Below, piece after piece: positions 48,965 through 59,931 of a stretch of DNA of 64,000 nt (its first letter is position 1; the number at the start of each line of letters is the position of its first letter). This DNA comes from Candidatus Altimarinota bacterium. Its GTDB lineage: Bacteria > Patescibacteriota > Gracilibacteria > UBA1369 > GCA-2718715. The notes beneath the pieces are model-generated. The model was not told the origin of the DNA. It saw only the letters and a program-made list of their open reading frames with translations, and made no database searches. Position numbers and translations under genes: made by a program. The stretch lies in NCBI GenBank assembly GCA_041242255.1, contig JBESAV010000001.1, forward strand, positions 928,001 to 992,000, read 5' to 3'.

Positions 48965-50254
48965 TCACCCCATAAAATCCCTGACTCTCTCATCCAAAAT
49001 TATATCCTTCATCTGGATCGGACGAGCTAGTCTTAATCCTCCAAAAGACCTACACCTACTCAAGGCCACGTAAGTCTGACCATGAGCAAAACTCCCCCAT
49101 CCCATATCTACAACAACATTCTCAAAAGTTTTACCCTGAGATTTATGAATAGTTATAGCCCAAGCTAAGCGCAAAGGAAATTGCTCCATTGATGCAACAG
49201 CTTTTGATTCCAGTTCACCTCCATCATTCATACCATACTTGAAAACTTCCCAAGTATGCCTTTTCACAGTAACTAGTTTTCGATTATCAACAAGTCTCAC
49301 TTTTATCTCCATTTTAAACTCATCAATACTCTCAATTCTACCAATCGATCCATTCACCCACCTTCCGACTGGATCATTGTTCAAGAACATAACCTGAGCC
49401 CCTTCCTTCAAGCTTAAAACATCCTCCACTGCTCTTTGCATAGCAGAATCAACATTCCCATTCACCTTAGTCTCAAACTCAATACTATCTCCATAGAGCT
49501 CCTCCAAACGGGCCTTATTTATTATATCCACCTTCTTATTCGTTGTAGCAAGATAAACCATTCCATCCTCCTCAAGATCGATCTCCTCTACCCTACTATT
49601 AAGTCTCTCCAAATCTTCCATCTCAACATTCTTCTCACGAACACCATTCAATATCCTCACAAAATCGACCTCATCCTGCCTGTGTATTTTTCTCAACTCT
49701 ACCTTTTTCAACTCAACCTTATTCATAACATTCGCCGAAAAGAAATAAGGCGACCGATACATCATCTTAAAGTTGTCTTCTTCATTTCTAGTCAAAACCG
49801 GAGGCAACTGATACAGATCACCAACAAATGCCATTTGTAATCCTCCAAAAGCATCCCAACTACCTCGGACCAACCTCAAGAATTTATCAATATAATCCAA
49901 CAAATCCGCCCTCAACATCGACACCTCATCAATCACAATCATATCAATCTTTTGCATCAATTCTCTTTTTTCCTTAGAAGTTTTCTTAAAAATCCTCTCA
50001 ATCATCTCATCATTCACCCCAGGCTTAAACCCAAAAAAAGAATGAATTGTCTCACCCTTCACATTAAGAGCAGCCACCCCTGTTGGAGCCAAAACCACCA
50101 CCGACTTTTTGGTATTATCCAAAAACAACTTAAGCAAAGTCGACTTACCTGTCCCGGCTTTTCCAGTCAAAAACAAAGAATGATCAGTAAGCTCCATAAT
50201 ATCCAAAGCATCCTTCCACTCTCTAGTAAATTTTAATTCTTTCATAATACTCAC
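48965..50254 (-). CDS. PIF1-family (SF1B) helicase
   Basis: GKAGTGKS, APTGVAA, IDEVSM, GDLYQLPP, QFPLRLAWAITIHKSQG, YVALSR. Confidence 0.92.
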   Translation of the reverse strand: MSIMKELKFTREWKDALDIMELTDHSLFLTGKAGTGKSTLLKLFLDNTKKSVVVLAPTGVAALNVKGETIHSFFGFKPGVNDEMIERIFKKTSKEKRELMQKIDMIVIDEVSMLRADLLDYIDKFLRLVRGSWDAFGGLQMAFVGDLYQLPPVLTRNEEDNFKMMYRSPYFFSANVMNKVELKKVELRKIHRQDEVDFVRILNGVREKNVEMEDLERLNSRVEEIDLEEDGMVYLATTNKKVDIINKARLEELYGDSIEFETKVNGNVDSAMQRAVEDVLSLKEGAQVMFLNNDPVGRWVNGSIGRIESIDEFKMEIKVRLVDNRKLVTVKRHTWEVFKYGMNDGGELESKAVASMEQFPLRLAWAITIHKSQGKTFENVVVDMGWGSFAHGQTYVALSRCRSFGGLRLARPIQMKDIILDERVRDFMG

Positions 50255-50347
50255 ACCCTAACTCACTTCAGTAAGTTTTAGAAGCAAAACCCAGGCTTGA
50301 CATAACCAAGCTAAATAGTAAAATGCAAAACAATCCAAATACAATAT

Positions 50348-50851
50348 ATGAAACCACAAGGATTAGAAGACATACACAAAAGAATAATTAAAGACGAAAC
50401 TCTAAATGATAGAGAGAAAGGTCTCGCAACTTTTCTAATTTGCAGAGAAATATATCTCTTATTGGATAATTCCTCAAGATTCACAACTGATGAAAAAGAA
50501 ACACTTCTAGAAATAAGTGAATATATATACGAAGCAGCTTTACCCATTATAAATGATATTAATCATTTAACTTACGATAAGTTAAGAGGTATACATAAAG
50601 CACTCATCAAAGGAGAAATCAAAAGCATATCTCAATTAACTACTATAACTAAAGCATTTTATAAAGCAGCTCACATTCACCTAACCTTAGATGACCAAAA
50701 CAACTCGTACGAAAAATTCTACCAGTTAATATCCGACAATAAACTACAAGGTCATATCCACCTAGCAACACCAGACAGGATAATTACACTTATAGTTAAA
50801 ATCATCAAACAGATCCAAACAACTATAAACCAAGTAAACTCTCAAGATTAA
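50348..50851 (+). CDS. Hypothetical protein
   Basis: 167 aa ORF with promoter TTGACA-N16-TAAAAT (50297-50324). Confidence 0.6.
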   Translation: MKPQGLEDIHKRIIKDETLNDREKGLATFLICREIYLLLDNSSRFTTDEKETLLEISEYIYEAALPIINDINHLTYDKLRGIHKALIKGEIKSISQLTTITKAFYKAAHIHLTLDDQNNSYEKFYQLISDNKLQGHIHLATPDRIITLIVKIIKQIQTTINQVNSQD

Positions 50852-50877
50852 ACCAGCACTTTAACCAAAACCTCCCC

Positions 50878-51103
50878 TTGCAAAAACGCAATAAACCCGT
50901 ATACTGCCAACGACAAAACTAGAAAACATGAAGTGAAAACACTAAGTAACTTCCCCACTCGACCAAAATATGGTCGCTTAACTTGATTAGTAAATAAGTC
51001 AGAAAGCCCTCAAAAGGCATAGACAAAAACTCATCAAATAAACTCTAGCAAGTCACAGTCGCAAAAACGACACGCATAAAATTAATAATATTTAATAGCA
51101 ATT
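50878..51103 (+). promoter_or_regulatory. str operon promoter (TTGCAA-N16-TATACT) and about 190-nt multi-hairpin leader
   Basis: Hairpins CGACCA/TGGTCG, GCC/GGC and GTCG/CGAC before rpsL. Confidence 0.5.
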
Positions 51104-51517
51104 ATGCCTACTATCAATCAACTAGTACGCAAAGGACGAAAGTCTAAGTCTAAAAAAGACAAATCTATTGCCTTGAGTCATACAATTGATACTCAAAAAA
51201 ACAATAGAAAGACTTACCAGTTCGCTCCTCAAAAAAGAGGTGTATGTACTAAGGTGTTTACAATGACACCAAAAAAACCTAATTCGGCCCTACGTAAAGT
51301 TGCCAGAGTTAGACTAACCAATGGTATGGAGGTTAACGCCTACATCGGTGGTGAAGGACACAACCTACAAGAGCACAGTGTGGTTCTAGTAAGAGGTGGA
51401 AGAGTAAAAGATCTTCCGGGTGTACGTTATCACATCGTTCGTGGTTCACTTGATCTACAAGGAGTAGAAGGTCGTGGACAAGGACGTTCAAAATACGGTA
51501 CAAAGAAACCAAAATAA
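51104..51517 (+). CDS. rpsL: 30S ribosomal protein uS12
   Basis: [32 protein letters not shown]. Confidence 0.99.
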   Translation: MPTINQLVRKGRKSKSKKDKSIALSHTIDTQKNNRKTYQFAPQKRGVCTKVFTMTPKKPNSALRKVARVRLTNGMEVNAYIGGEGHNLQEHSVVLVRGGRVKDLPGVRYHIVRGSLDLQGVEGRGQGRSKYGTKKPK

Positions 51518-51549
51518 TACCGTCAATTAATCTGTAATTACTTAAAAAT

Positions 51550-52005
51550 ATGAGTAGATCAAAAGTAAACTTCATAGCCAAAGGTAACACTGAGCTATTG
51601 GAGAAATTTATCAACTACATCATGAAAGACGGTAAAAAAACCGTAGCACGTCGTAACTTAACCGACGCTTTCGCGATCATCAAAAAGAAAACTGGAGAAA
51701 ACCCACAAGAAGTTTTCGACAAAGCAATGTCAGAAGCTAAACCTTCAATGGAAGTTAGACCAAAAAGAATCGGAGGATCTGTTTACCAAATCCCTATGGA
51801 AGTTAAACCATTCCGCCAATTCCAATTAGCTTCAAGATGGATTCTAGCAGCTGTAAGATCACAAAAAGGTTCTGCATTCTCTCAAAGACTTGCAAACATC
51901 ATCATGCAAACTGCCAATGGTGAAGGACCAGTGATTAAGAAGAAAGAAGACACGCACAGAATGGCACAAGCCAACAAAGCATTCGCTCATTTTGCACGTT
52001 ACTAA
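51550..52005 (+). CDS. rpsG: 30S ribosomal protein uS7
   Basis: MKDGKK, RIGGSVYQIP, HRMAQANKAFAH. Confidence 0.97.
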   Translation: MSRSKVNFIAKGNTELLEKFINYIMKDGKKTVARRNLTDAFAIIKKKTGENPQEVFDKAMSEAKPSMEVRPKRIGGSVYQIPMEVKPFRQFQLASRWILAAVRSQKGSAFSQRLANIIMQTANGEGPVIKKKEDTHRMAQANKAFAHFARY

Positions 52006-52066
52006 TTCTTCCATCGTAACCCACCAGGGTTACCAATATAAAAATCACATAAACTAAATATTTCAA

Positions 52067-54145
52067 ATGAGTGACTTAAAAAAACTAAGAAATATCGGGA
52101 TCTTCGCCCACATCGATGCCGGTAAAACAACAACAACAGAACGTATTCTTTTCTACACGGGTGTAAACCACAAAATCGGTGAAACTCATGAAGGAGAGTC
52201 TACTATGGACTGGATGGAACAAGAAAAAGAAAGAGGTATCACAATTACTTCTGCTGCTACAACTTGTCAGTGGAAAGACATCCGTATCAACATCATCGAT
52301 ACTCCAGGTCACGTGGACTTCACTATTGAAGTTGAACGTGCACTACGTGTACTTGATGGTGGTATCGCTGTATTTGATGGTTCTCAGGGTGTAGAGCCTC
52401 AATCTGAAACAGTTTGGAGACAAGCTGAAAGATACAATGTTCCAAGAATCGCTTTCGTAAACAAAATGGATAAAACAGGTGCTGATTTCTTCATGTCACT
52501 TGAGTCAATCCACAAAAGACTTTCTCCAAACGCAGTTGCAATTCAATACCCAATGGGTGCTGAATCAGACTTCCAAGGAGTTATCGATCTTGTAGAAATG
52601 AAAGCTTTCGAATTCGAAGGAGACATGGGTGAAAAAGTTATCGAAAAAGAAATTCCAGCTGAACATTTAGAAGCAGCTAAAGAATGGAGAGCTAAAATGA
52701 TCGAAAAGATTTCAGAAAACGACGATGCTCTTATGGAAAAATTCTTCGAAGGTACTGAACTTTCAGAAGAAGAAATCAAAGCTGCAATCAGAAAACAAAC
52801 AATCACTGAACAAATCTTCCCAGTTCTATGTGGTACTGCCTTACAAAACAAAGGTGTACAAAGAGCTCTAGATGCAGTTCGTGACTACCTACCATCTCCA
52901 GTTGATATTGGAACAGTTGAAGGTCAAGAACCAGACACTGGTGAACCAATGAGCAGAAAACTAACAACAGACGAAAAAATGTCTGGTCTAGTATTCAAAA
53001 TTGCAACTGATCCATTCGTAGGTAAACTATCATTTATCCGTGTTTACTCAGGAGTACTTAAATCAGGAAGCTACGTATACAACCCAGTATCAGGACAAAA
53101 AGAAAGAATCGGTCGTATCGTACAAATGCATGCTGACTCTAGAGAAGAGATCAAAGAGATCAAAGCTGGAGACATCGCTGCACTTATTGGTCTAAAAGCT
53201 ACAAAAACTGGGGAAACTTTATGTGATGAGAATGCTCCAATCGTCCTTGAATCAATGGAGTTCCCAGAACCAGTAATCTCGATCGCAATTGAACCAAAAA
53301 CAAAAGCCGATCAAGAAAAAATGGGTATGGCTCTTGCAAAACTTGCAGAGGAAGATCCATCATTCAGAGTTTCAACTGACGAAGAAACAGGACAAACAAT
53401 CATCGCAGGTATGGGTGAGCTTCATCTAGATATCATCGTTGATCGTATGAAACGTGAGTTCAAAGTTGAAGCCAACACAGGTCAACCACAAGTTGCCTAC
53501 AGAGAAACTATCCAACAACCAGTTGATCACGAAGTTAAATACTCTAAACAATCAGGTGGTAGAGGTCAGTTCGGTCATGTACTTATTAAGTTCTCTCCAC
53601 TCGAACAAGTTGAAGGTGAAGAAAACAAAGAGTACGAATTCGTTGACTCAGTAGTTGGAGGTAAAATCCCTAAAGAATACATCCCATCAGTAGATAAAGG
53701 TATCCAACAAGCAATGAGCAGAGGTATCGTTGCAGGTTACCCACTAGTTGGTGTAAGAGCTGAACTATACGAAGGTTCTTACCATGACGTAGATTCGTCT
53801 GGTTTCGCCTTTGAAATGGCAGGAAGTATGTGTTTCCGTGAAGCAGCTCAAAAAGCTAAACCAGTTCTACTTGAACCAATTATGGATGTAGAAATCACAA
53901 CTCCAGAAGAATACTTTGGAGATGTAATGGGTAACGTTTCATCTAAACGTGGACAAATCAGAGACTCTGAAGAAAGAGGAACTGCTAAACTAGTTAGATG
54001 TTACATACCTCTATCAGAAATGTTCGGATACGCAACTGAACTAAGATCCCTTACTCAAGGTAGAGCATCTTACTCAATGCAATTCGACCACTACGAAAAA
54101 GTTCCTACAAATGTAGCTGAAGAAATCAAAGCTGCTCGAAGCTAA
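52067..54145 (+). CDS. fusA: Elongation factor G
   Basis: [33 protein letters not shown]. Confidence 0.99.
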   Translation: MSDLKKLRNIGIFAHIDAGKTTTTERILFYTGVNHKIGETHEGESTMDWMEQEKERGITITSAATTCQWKDIRINIIDTPGHVDFTIEVERALRVLDGGIAVFDGSQGVEPQSETVWRQAERYNVPRIAFVNKMDKTGADFFMSLESIHKRLSPNAVAIQYPMGAESDFQGVIDLVEMKAFEFEGDMGEKVIEKEIPAEHLEAAKEWRAKMIEKISENDDALMEKFFEGTELSEEEIKAAIRKQTITEQIFPVLCGTALQNKGVQRALDAVRDYLPSPVDIGTVEGQEPDTGEPMSRKLTTDEKMSGLVFKIATDPFVGKLSFIRVYSGVLKSGSYVYNPVSGQKERIGRIVQMHADSREEIKEIKAGDIAALIGLKATKTGETLCDENAPIVLESMEFPEPVISIAIEPKTKADQEKMGMALAKLAEEDPSFRVSTDEETGQTIIAGMGELHLDIIVDRMKREFKVEANTGQPQVAYRETIQQPVDHEVKYSKQSGGRGQFGHVLIKFSPLEQVEGEENKEYEFVDSVVGGKIPKEYIPSVDKGIQQAMSRGIVAGYPLVGVRAELYEGSYHDVDSSGFAFEMAGSMCFREAAQKAKPVLLEPIMDVEITTPEEYFGDVMGNVSSKRGQIRDSEERGTAKLVRCYIPLSEMFGYATELRSLTQGRASYSMQFDHYEKVPTNVAEEIKAARS

Positions 54146-54195
54146 CAATTCACTACAAAAATTAAACACAAGCAACTTTTTCCCAGAATAAAGTC

Positions 54196-54233
54196 TTGTC
54201 AGGCAGGAACTTATCAAGTAAAATCCTGCCTGA
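54196..54233 (+). promoter_or_regulatory. Internal tuf promoter (TTGTCA-N17-TAAAAT) overlapping a 10-bp inverted repeat
   Basis: TCAGGCAGGA (54199-54208) and TCCTGCCTGA (54224-54233) flank the spacer and -10. Confidence 0.55.
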
Positions 54234-54279
54234 AAAATCCTTTTCTAAAATAAAATAAAAAACAATTAACCAATAAATT

Positions 54280-55467
54280 ATGAACGCTACGTTCGACAGA
54301 TCAAAACCGCATGTTAATGTGGGTACCATTGGTCACGTTGACCACGGTAAAACAACTCTTTCTGCAGCTCTTACAGCTGTAGCAGCAGCTCACTTCGGTG
54401 GGAACAATGTTGCAAGAGCTTTCGACCAAATCGATAACGCTCCTGAAGAAAAAGAAAGAGGTATTACAATCGCTACTTCTCATCAAGAGTACGAAACAGA
54501 GGCAAGACATTACGGACACGTTGATTGTCCAGGACATGCTGATTACGTTAAAAACATGATTACAGGTGCTGCCCAAATGGATGGTGCAATCCTTGTAGTA
54601 TCAGCTGCTGATGGTCCTATGCCACAAACAAGAGAACACATCCTACTTGCTAGACAGGTAAACGTTCCTTACATCGTAGTATTCATGAACAAAATGGATA
54701 TTGCTGATCCAGAAATCGCTGAACTTTCAGAAATGGAAATCAGAGATCTTCTAAACAAATACGAATTCCCAGGAGATGATACTCCAATCATTAAAGGTTC
54801 AGCTCTTAAAGCCCTTGAAAATCCAAGTGGTGACGACGCTAAACCAGTAGTTGAACTTCTAGAAACTCTTGATTCTTACATCCCAACTCCAGAAAGAGAA
54901 CTAGACAAACCATTCCTACTTCCAGTAGAAGACATCTTCTCTATCAAAGGTAGAGGTACGGTTGCAACTGGTCGTATCGAACAAGGTGTAATCAACGTAA
55001 ATGACGAAGTTGAAATCGTTGGTGTAAAAGACACTAGAAAAGTAGTAGTTACTGGAGTAGAAATGTTCAGAAAACTACTAGACAGAGGTGAAGCTGGTGA
55101 TAACGTTGGTCTTCTTCTAAGAGGTATCGAAAGAGAAGAAATTGAAAGAGGTCAAGTATTGGCTAAACCAGGAACAATTACTCCTCATACTAAATTCGAA
55201 GCTGAGGTTTACGTTCTATCTAAAGACGAAGGTGGAAGACATACGCCATTCTTCAAAGGTTACAAACCACAATTCTACATCAGAACGACTGATGTAACTG
55301 GAGACATTGAGCTTCCAGATGGAGTTGAAATGGTAATGCCTGGTGATAACATCAAAATGACTGTTAACCTAGGAGTACCGATTGCAATCGAAGAAGGTCT
55401 AAGATTCGCTATCCGTGAAGGTGGTAGAACAGTTGGAGCTGGAGTTGTAGCAAAAATCATTGAATAA
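54280..55467 (+). CDS. tuf: Elongation factor Tu
   Basis: [34 protein letters not shown]. Confidence 0.99.
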   Translation: MNATFDRSKPHVNVGTIGHVDHGKTTLSAALTAVAAAHFGGNNVARAFDQIDNAPEEKERGITIATSHQEYETEARHYGHVDCPGHADYVKNMITGAAQMDGAILVVSAADGPMPQTREHILLARQVNVPYIVVFMNKMDIADPEIAELSEMEIRDLLNKYEFPGDDTPIIKGSALKALENPSGDDAKPVVELLETLDSYIPTPERELDKPFLLPVEDIFSIKGRGTVATGRIEQGVINVNDEVEIVGVKDTRKVVVTGVEMFRKLLDRGEAGDNVGLLLRGIEREEIERGQVLAKPGTITPHTKFEAEVYVLSKDEGGRHTPFFKGYKPQFYIRTTDVTGDIELPDGVEMVMPGDNIKMTVNLGVPIAIEEGLRFAIREGGRTVGAGVVAKIIE

Positions 55468-55495
55468 TTCCTCCCAAGACTAGTAAAGAAATCCA

Positions 55496-55533
55496 AAGAA
55501 ACCCTGATCTCCAGATAGACTCAGGGTTTTCTT
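55496..55533 (+). terminator. tuf terminator
   Basis: AAGAAACCCTGA...TCAGGGTTTTCTT. Confidence 0.75.
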
Positions 55534-55556
55534 ACAAAATATAATCACACACAAAA

Positions 55557-57599
55557 ATGAAAAAGATCCTAAGCAGCTTACTGATTACACTTTTAATAAG
55601 TGGACAAGCTTTAGCAGAAACTCCCGCTTTGCCTCTTTACCAAGAACCAGACATTGATATGGAGTTTATGCTTGAAAACAATGACAACAGCATAGCAAAC
55701 CTAATTAACGCATTCATTGATACAAGTCTTGTATCTGAAGACTTTAATGAAAAAGAAACTCAGATCATAAGTCTCTTCAGAGAAGAATTAGCAGGAGAAA
55801 CTATCCTTCTTCAAGCCCAAAACTCTGGAGCAGTTCTAGTTTCAGAACAAACCTCAGTAGAGTTTAATGATTTCCTACAAGAAATTGAAGAAATCATTTC
55901 TCTAAGAACTGAAACTTCAGGCTTCATGTCTTACGAAATAAGATTTGGTGACCTCGCTTTTGCAAACTTCAATGACAAGCTAGTAATCTCAGACAGCAAT
56001 GAAACTATCTTCGCACTTAGTGAAGAAGTTCCATCAGAAGATTTAGTTCTAGAGGGTCAATCTATTCTCTCTATCGAAGGTACATATGATTCAAGCGAAT
56101 TTGATTACCTTGTTAGCGAAAACCCAGACGGAACTTTGATTTCATCAGCTGAAACTCAATTTGATTCTTCAATCAATACAGATGGATTCAACACAAACCA
56201 ACATCTTTACAACGACCTACCTTCAAACAATGCATTCTTTTACATAGAAGCAAACAAAATTTTAGACATGGTAGTTTCATTTCTTCCAGAAACAGAAAGA
56301 AATGAAGTGTTAGAAGAACTCGATTTTGAACTATCACAAGATCTTCCAAACTACGAAACATTGTTAAACAAACAAACTGCTTTCCTAGTAGATCTAAATG
56401 ATACTATTCTACCTCACCTTACTTTAGCTATGGCTGATATATCAGTAAGTGAAGCAGAACAACTTAATGGTTTCTTTGGACCAATGCTTTCAGCTGAACT
56501 TGAGTCATCTGATTTCACAACTCAAACAACAGAAGTAAACGCAAACCTAACTCAAGTAGTTTACACTGCAACAGAAACTAACGCTGAGGCAGATCTTCTG
56601 GATATTGATTCAATCACTGTAACTTACGGACTTCACGAAGGAAACTACATTCTTTCAAACAACCCAACTATCCTTACTGCTCAAGAAACATTAGGACAAG
56701 ACTCTACTTTTAGTAATAGTGTTGCAGCATCAAAAGCAAATGTTACGACTGTATCTTTCATCGACTTCAACACACTAGCAAACCAAGTAGATGTTTATGC
56801 AGCTGCATACAAAAAAATTGCTGAACCTATTGAAACTGAAACTCAAGAGTCTTTAGATACTATCGAAAACATCTTGAATGAAATGGAAGCATGGAGTGGT
56901 TACGGATACTTCGAAGGAAACACTTACCTTGAAAAAGGTGAAGTAAAGATACCTTCTCAAGAAATCCAAACTCTTCTAAATGAATTACCAAAATCTGACC
57001 TTTATCAAGACAATTACATATACACTCCATACGATGACGTAGCTTCTGGTAGCTGGTATGAAGAAGCAGTCTCACAAGCTTACTACGATGGAATTGTAGA
57101 TGCCTACGACCCTATCAGAGAAGAATACACTTATGAGTTCCAACCAGGACAAGATATAACTAGAGGTGAATTTGTAGACATGATAGTTAGAGCCTACGAT
57201 CTTCAATACGAAGATATTGACCAATACGGATCTGAAATCTTCTCAGACGTAGATTCAGTTTCATACTATGACTACTCTATCGGGATCGCATATCAATTTG
57301 GACTAGTTAGAGGTGATGATGGTGCAAACACTTTCAGACCAAACGATACTCTAAACAGAGCCGAAGCAGTTCAAATCCTATACAACGCAAGTCCCCTTCT
57401 AAACGGTAAAACAAGTTCTACAAACAACTTCAAAGATGTTCCAAACGGAGCTTGGTACCAAAACATTGTTTCAGTAGCAGTACAAGAAAAAATTGTAGAA
57501 GGAATCAACCCTGAAGAATTCGCTCCAGCTAAAAACCTAAACAAAGCTGAAGCAATCACTTTAGTAATCAGATTAGTAAACAACGAAGTAAGATTCTAA
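55557..57599 (+). CDS. Acidic secreted protein with three C-terminal SLH domains (S-layer-associated)
   Basis: Signal peptide; YDDVASGSWY..FQPGQDITRGEF, FRPNDTLNRAEA, FKDVPNGAWY..FAPAKNLNKAEA. Confidence 0.88.
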   Translation: MKKILSSLLITLLISGQALAETPALPLYQEPDIDMEFMLENNDNSIANLINAFIDTSLVSEDFNEKETQIISLFREELAGETILLQAQNSGAVLVSEQTSVEFNDFLQEIEEIISLRTETSGFMSYEIRFGDLAFANFNDKLVISDSNETIFALSEEVPSEDLVLEGQSILSIEGTYDSSEFDYLVSENPDGTLISSAETQFDSSINTDGFNTNQHLYNDLPSNNAFFYIEANKILDMVVSFLPETERNEVLEELDFELSQDLPNYETLLNKQTAFLVDLNDTILPHLTLAMADISVSEAEQLNGFFGPMLSAELESSDFTTQTTEVNANLTQVVYTATETNAEADLLDIDSITVTYGLHEGNYILSNNPTILTAQETLGQDSTFSNSVAASKANVTTVSFIDFNTLANQVDVYAAAYKKIAEPIETETQESLDTIENILNEMEAWSGYGYFEGNTYLEKGEVKIPSQEIQTLLNELPKSDLYQDNYIYTPYDDVASGSWYEEAVSQAYYDGIVDAYDPIREEYTYEFQPGQDITRGEFVDMIVRAYDLQYEDIDQYGSEIFSDVDSVSYYDYSIGIAYQFGLVRGDDGANTFRPNDTLNRAEAVQILYNASPLLNGKTSSTNNFKDVPNGAWYQNIVSVAVQEKIVEGINPEEFAPAKNLNKAEAITLVIRLVNNEVRF

Positions 57600-57620
57600 T
57601 CCCAACTTCATTACTAATCC

Positions 57621-57649
57621 AAAAAGTCTCCCACTCAGGGAGGCTTTTT
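57621..57649 (+). terminator. Terminator
   Basis: AAAAAGTCTCCC-actca-GGGAGGCTTTTT. Confidence 0.8.
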
Positions 57650-57670
57650 ATTTATTTTAAGAGTTTTATC

Positions 57671-57830
57671 TTGACCAACCCCCTACCTTAATATATAAAT
57701 TAACCACCTCAAATACTGCTCTTAGTATTTAAGGCTTCCCACCAGAAATGAAACCAAGGGAAACAACTCGAAATTCTGAAAATCCCTGAGTTGTTAAAAT
57801 ACAAAAGAGCACTCCGGGATTTTTTATTTC
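57671..57830 (+). promoter_or_regulatory. rpsJ promoter and leader with terminator/antiterminator architecture
   Basis: TTGACC-N17-TATAAA; mutually exclusive stems AACAACTC/GAGTTGTT and AAAATCCCTGAGT/ACTCCGGGATTTT, the latter followed by a U tract. Confidence 0.6.
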
Positions 57831-57894
57831 AAACTAAATCTCATTCAGCAACGGAAGCACCTTTAAATATCAATAAATTTAATCAAATACAATT

Positions 57895-58218
57895 ATGGCT
57901 GCTGGTCAAAAAATCCGCATCAAAGTACAAAGCTACGATCATAAAATCCTCGATGACGTATGCAAACTTATCATCCAAACTGCAATCGATTCTGGAGCAA
58001 TCATTGCTGGACCAATTCCACTTCCAACAAAAATCAAGAAGTACACAGTAAATAGATCTACCTTCAAACATAAAACTTCTAGAGAACAATTCGAAATGAG
58101 AACCCACAGAAGATTGATCGACATCAAAGAAACTTCAAATCACACAATCGACTCACTCACAAACCTTACAGTACCAGCCGGAGTTGATATCGAAATTAAA
58201 ATGATGATGGAAGCATAA
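57895..58218 (+). CDS. rpsJ: 30S ribosomal protein uS10 (NusE)
   Basis: KIRIKVQSYDH, GPIPLPT, REQFEMRTHRRLIDI, PAGVDIEI. Confidence 0.98.
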   Translation: MAAGQKIRIKVQSYDHKILDDVCKLIIQTAIDSGAIIAGPIPLPTKIKKYTVNRSTFKHKTSREQFEMRTHRRLIDIKETSNHTIDSLTNLTVPAGVDIEIKMMMEA

Positions 58219-58228
58219 TTCCAAAACT

Positions 58229-58255
58229 AAAGACCTCACTCAGAGGTCTTTTTTT
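58229..58255 (+). terminator. rpsJ terminator
   Basis: AAAGACCTC-actca-GAGGTCTTTTTTT. Confidence 0.88.
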
Positions 58256-58265
58256 ATATCCAAAA

Positions 58266-59762
58266 TTAAACTTTCAATTTCTTTACCTCTTTCACTTTCG
58301 AATAATTCTTATTGTGTTTCAAACAAATCCCTAACTCAAATCTATCTCCAAGCCCCTTCACACAACTCTCGTAAATATCTTCAGGCGTAAAAGTAAATAC
58401 TAACCCAGCCTTTGATTTTGCCACAAATCCCAACTTCTGCTCCCCTGTTTTCAGATCCGAATAGGCTTTATATACAAGTTCAGAACATATAAAAGACCCT
58501 TCACTCAAAAAATCCAAACCATAGTCATACTCTTTTTCCATATTCAACAAGGCATACTCCAATGCATCCAACCTATCAAACTCACCAATCTTAGGTTTAA
58601 AAACAACAATCGAATCAGACTTCAAACCTTTCATATACTCAGTAGCAGTCACTCCTTTTTCAACTGCCTCTAAAACGTATTTGCTATCTCCCAACCTCAA
58701 ATCATCCATAAGCTTCAAAACACTCTTTGAGTCTATACCAAAAAACTCACTAACCTGTTCTCTACTTCCAACATACAAAGCTGCATGAGTCCAATACCCT
58801 GGTATTACAACTGATGTCATTGTCAAAGCTCTTCTAACCAAAATAATATCTCCGGGCTCCAAAACATTAACTACCTTTTCTACATCTTTTTCATTCATTG
58901 CCATACCTCCCTCTCTGATCCTCCTTTTATCAATAAATAACAAAAACGACTTCAAAACAGGTACAAGCCTTTGCTGCTTAAAAAGACCAACCAAGCTAAA
59001 GTAATACTTCAAAGAAGACCAAAACGGAAACTGAGACACACCAACACTTCTCTTTATATCCCCAACAAAATTCTTCTTCAACTCCCCCACTTTCTTACTT
59101 CTAAAACTTAATCCATCCAAAACATACAAAGCCGATTTCAAAAAAACTTGTGTCGAAGGAAAAATCAAAGACCTCAATAAATTCTTAAACGTGGAACTCT
59201 CAATCGACAATAAATAAACCACAAAATTACTTGCCTCAGACAACCTACTACCAACATCATACAAAGCTATAAAAGAACTTGAATATATAAAGTAAATCAT
59301 CTTACCTTTTTCGGTTTTCAAATCAGCTCCACCAGAGTATTTCCAAAAAAACTCATTCACCTGTTCAACCTTTTCTTCCATTTCAAAATACAATTTATTC
59401 AAGTCTTCCTTTTGAAAAATTGGTGCATCCTTAGCTAACTTCAAAAGCCCTTTTTTCTCTAACTCATGTAACAATCCTCTTATCTCATCAATCAAACTCA
59501 AAACCTCAATCAATTCTTTTTTAACCTCCTTATCAGCAAAAGACTTCATCTCCTTACGATATAAAAAGAAATCATAAGAGAAAAACCTCTTCAACCTCCA
59601 ATCGTTCCAATCCATCAAAAGTAACAATCCCCCAACAACTCCTAAGCCTATGGCACCAATCTCAATTCCAACTCGCCATAATCCAATCATTACTACTAAC
59701 AAAACAAGATAAGCCACTCCCTTACTTATTACTGGTAATTTTTTCAAAATCATACTCTCCAC
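58266..59762 (-). CDS. Membrane-anchored permuted papain-like amidase (YiiX/YebB, NlpC/P60 C92)
   Basis: Two N-terminal TM helices; PGDIILVR, PGYWTHAALYVG, YDY, FICSELVY (His before Cys). Confidence 0.85.
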   Translation of the reverse strand: MESMILKKLPVISKGVAYLVLLVVMIGLWRVGIEIGAIGLGVVGGLLLLMDWNDWRLKRFFSYDFFLYRKEMKSFADKEVKKELIEVLSLIDEIRGLLHELEKKGLLKLAKDAPIFQKEDLNKLYFEMEEKVEQVNEFFWKYSGGADLKTEKGKMIYFIYSSSFIALYDVGSRLSEASNFVVYLLSIESSTFKNLLRSLIFPSTQVFLKSALYVLDGLSFRSKKVGELKKNFVGDIKRSVGVSQFPFWSSLKYYFSLVGLFKQQRLVPVLKSFLLFIDKRRIREGGMAMNEKDVEKVVNVLEPGDIILVRRALTMTSVVIPGYWTHAALYVGSREQVSEFFGIDSKSVLKLMDDLRLGDSKYVLEAVEKGVTATEYMKGLKSDSIVVFKPKIGEFDRLDALEYALLNMEKEYDYGLDFLSEGSFICSELVYKAYSDLKTGEQKLGFVAKSKAGLVFTFTPEDIYESCVKGLGDRFELGICLKHNKNYSKVKEVKKLKV

Positions 59763-59817
59763 TAAATATTTGTCTTAATCAATATATACAAACCACAGCT
59801 ACATCAGTAATTTCCCA

Positions 59818-59931
59818 TTGACAATTGGACCCAAAAGACCTTAAATTACACGAGCTTAAACATCGTTTTAAGTTTTAATGAGTTTTCGGGCTCCATTTCT
59901 CAGTAAGATGCCAAATTAATGAGACAATGGA
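59818..59931 (+). promoter_or_regulatory. rplC operon promoter and structured leader
   Basis: TTGACA...TAAATT; hairpins GAGCTTAAA/TTTAAGTTT, GAGTT-TTCG-GGCTC and TCCATTTCTCA/TGAGACAATGGA. Confidence 0.5.

Noticed and set aside
50948-50960. 13-mer AACTTCCCCACTC shared between the rpsL leader and 30774-30786
   Set aside because: Only two copies in a C/A-skewed sequence with no flanking similarity; could be chance.
52016-52033. Hairpin GTAACCC-acca-GGGTTAC between rpsG and fusA as a terminator
   Set aside because: No U tract; at most a processing or stability stem.
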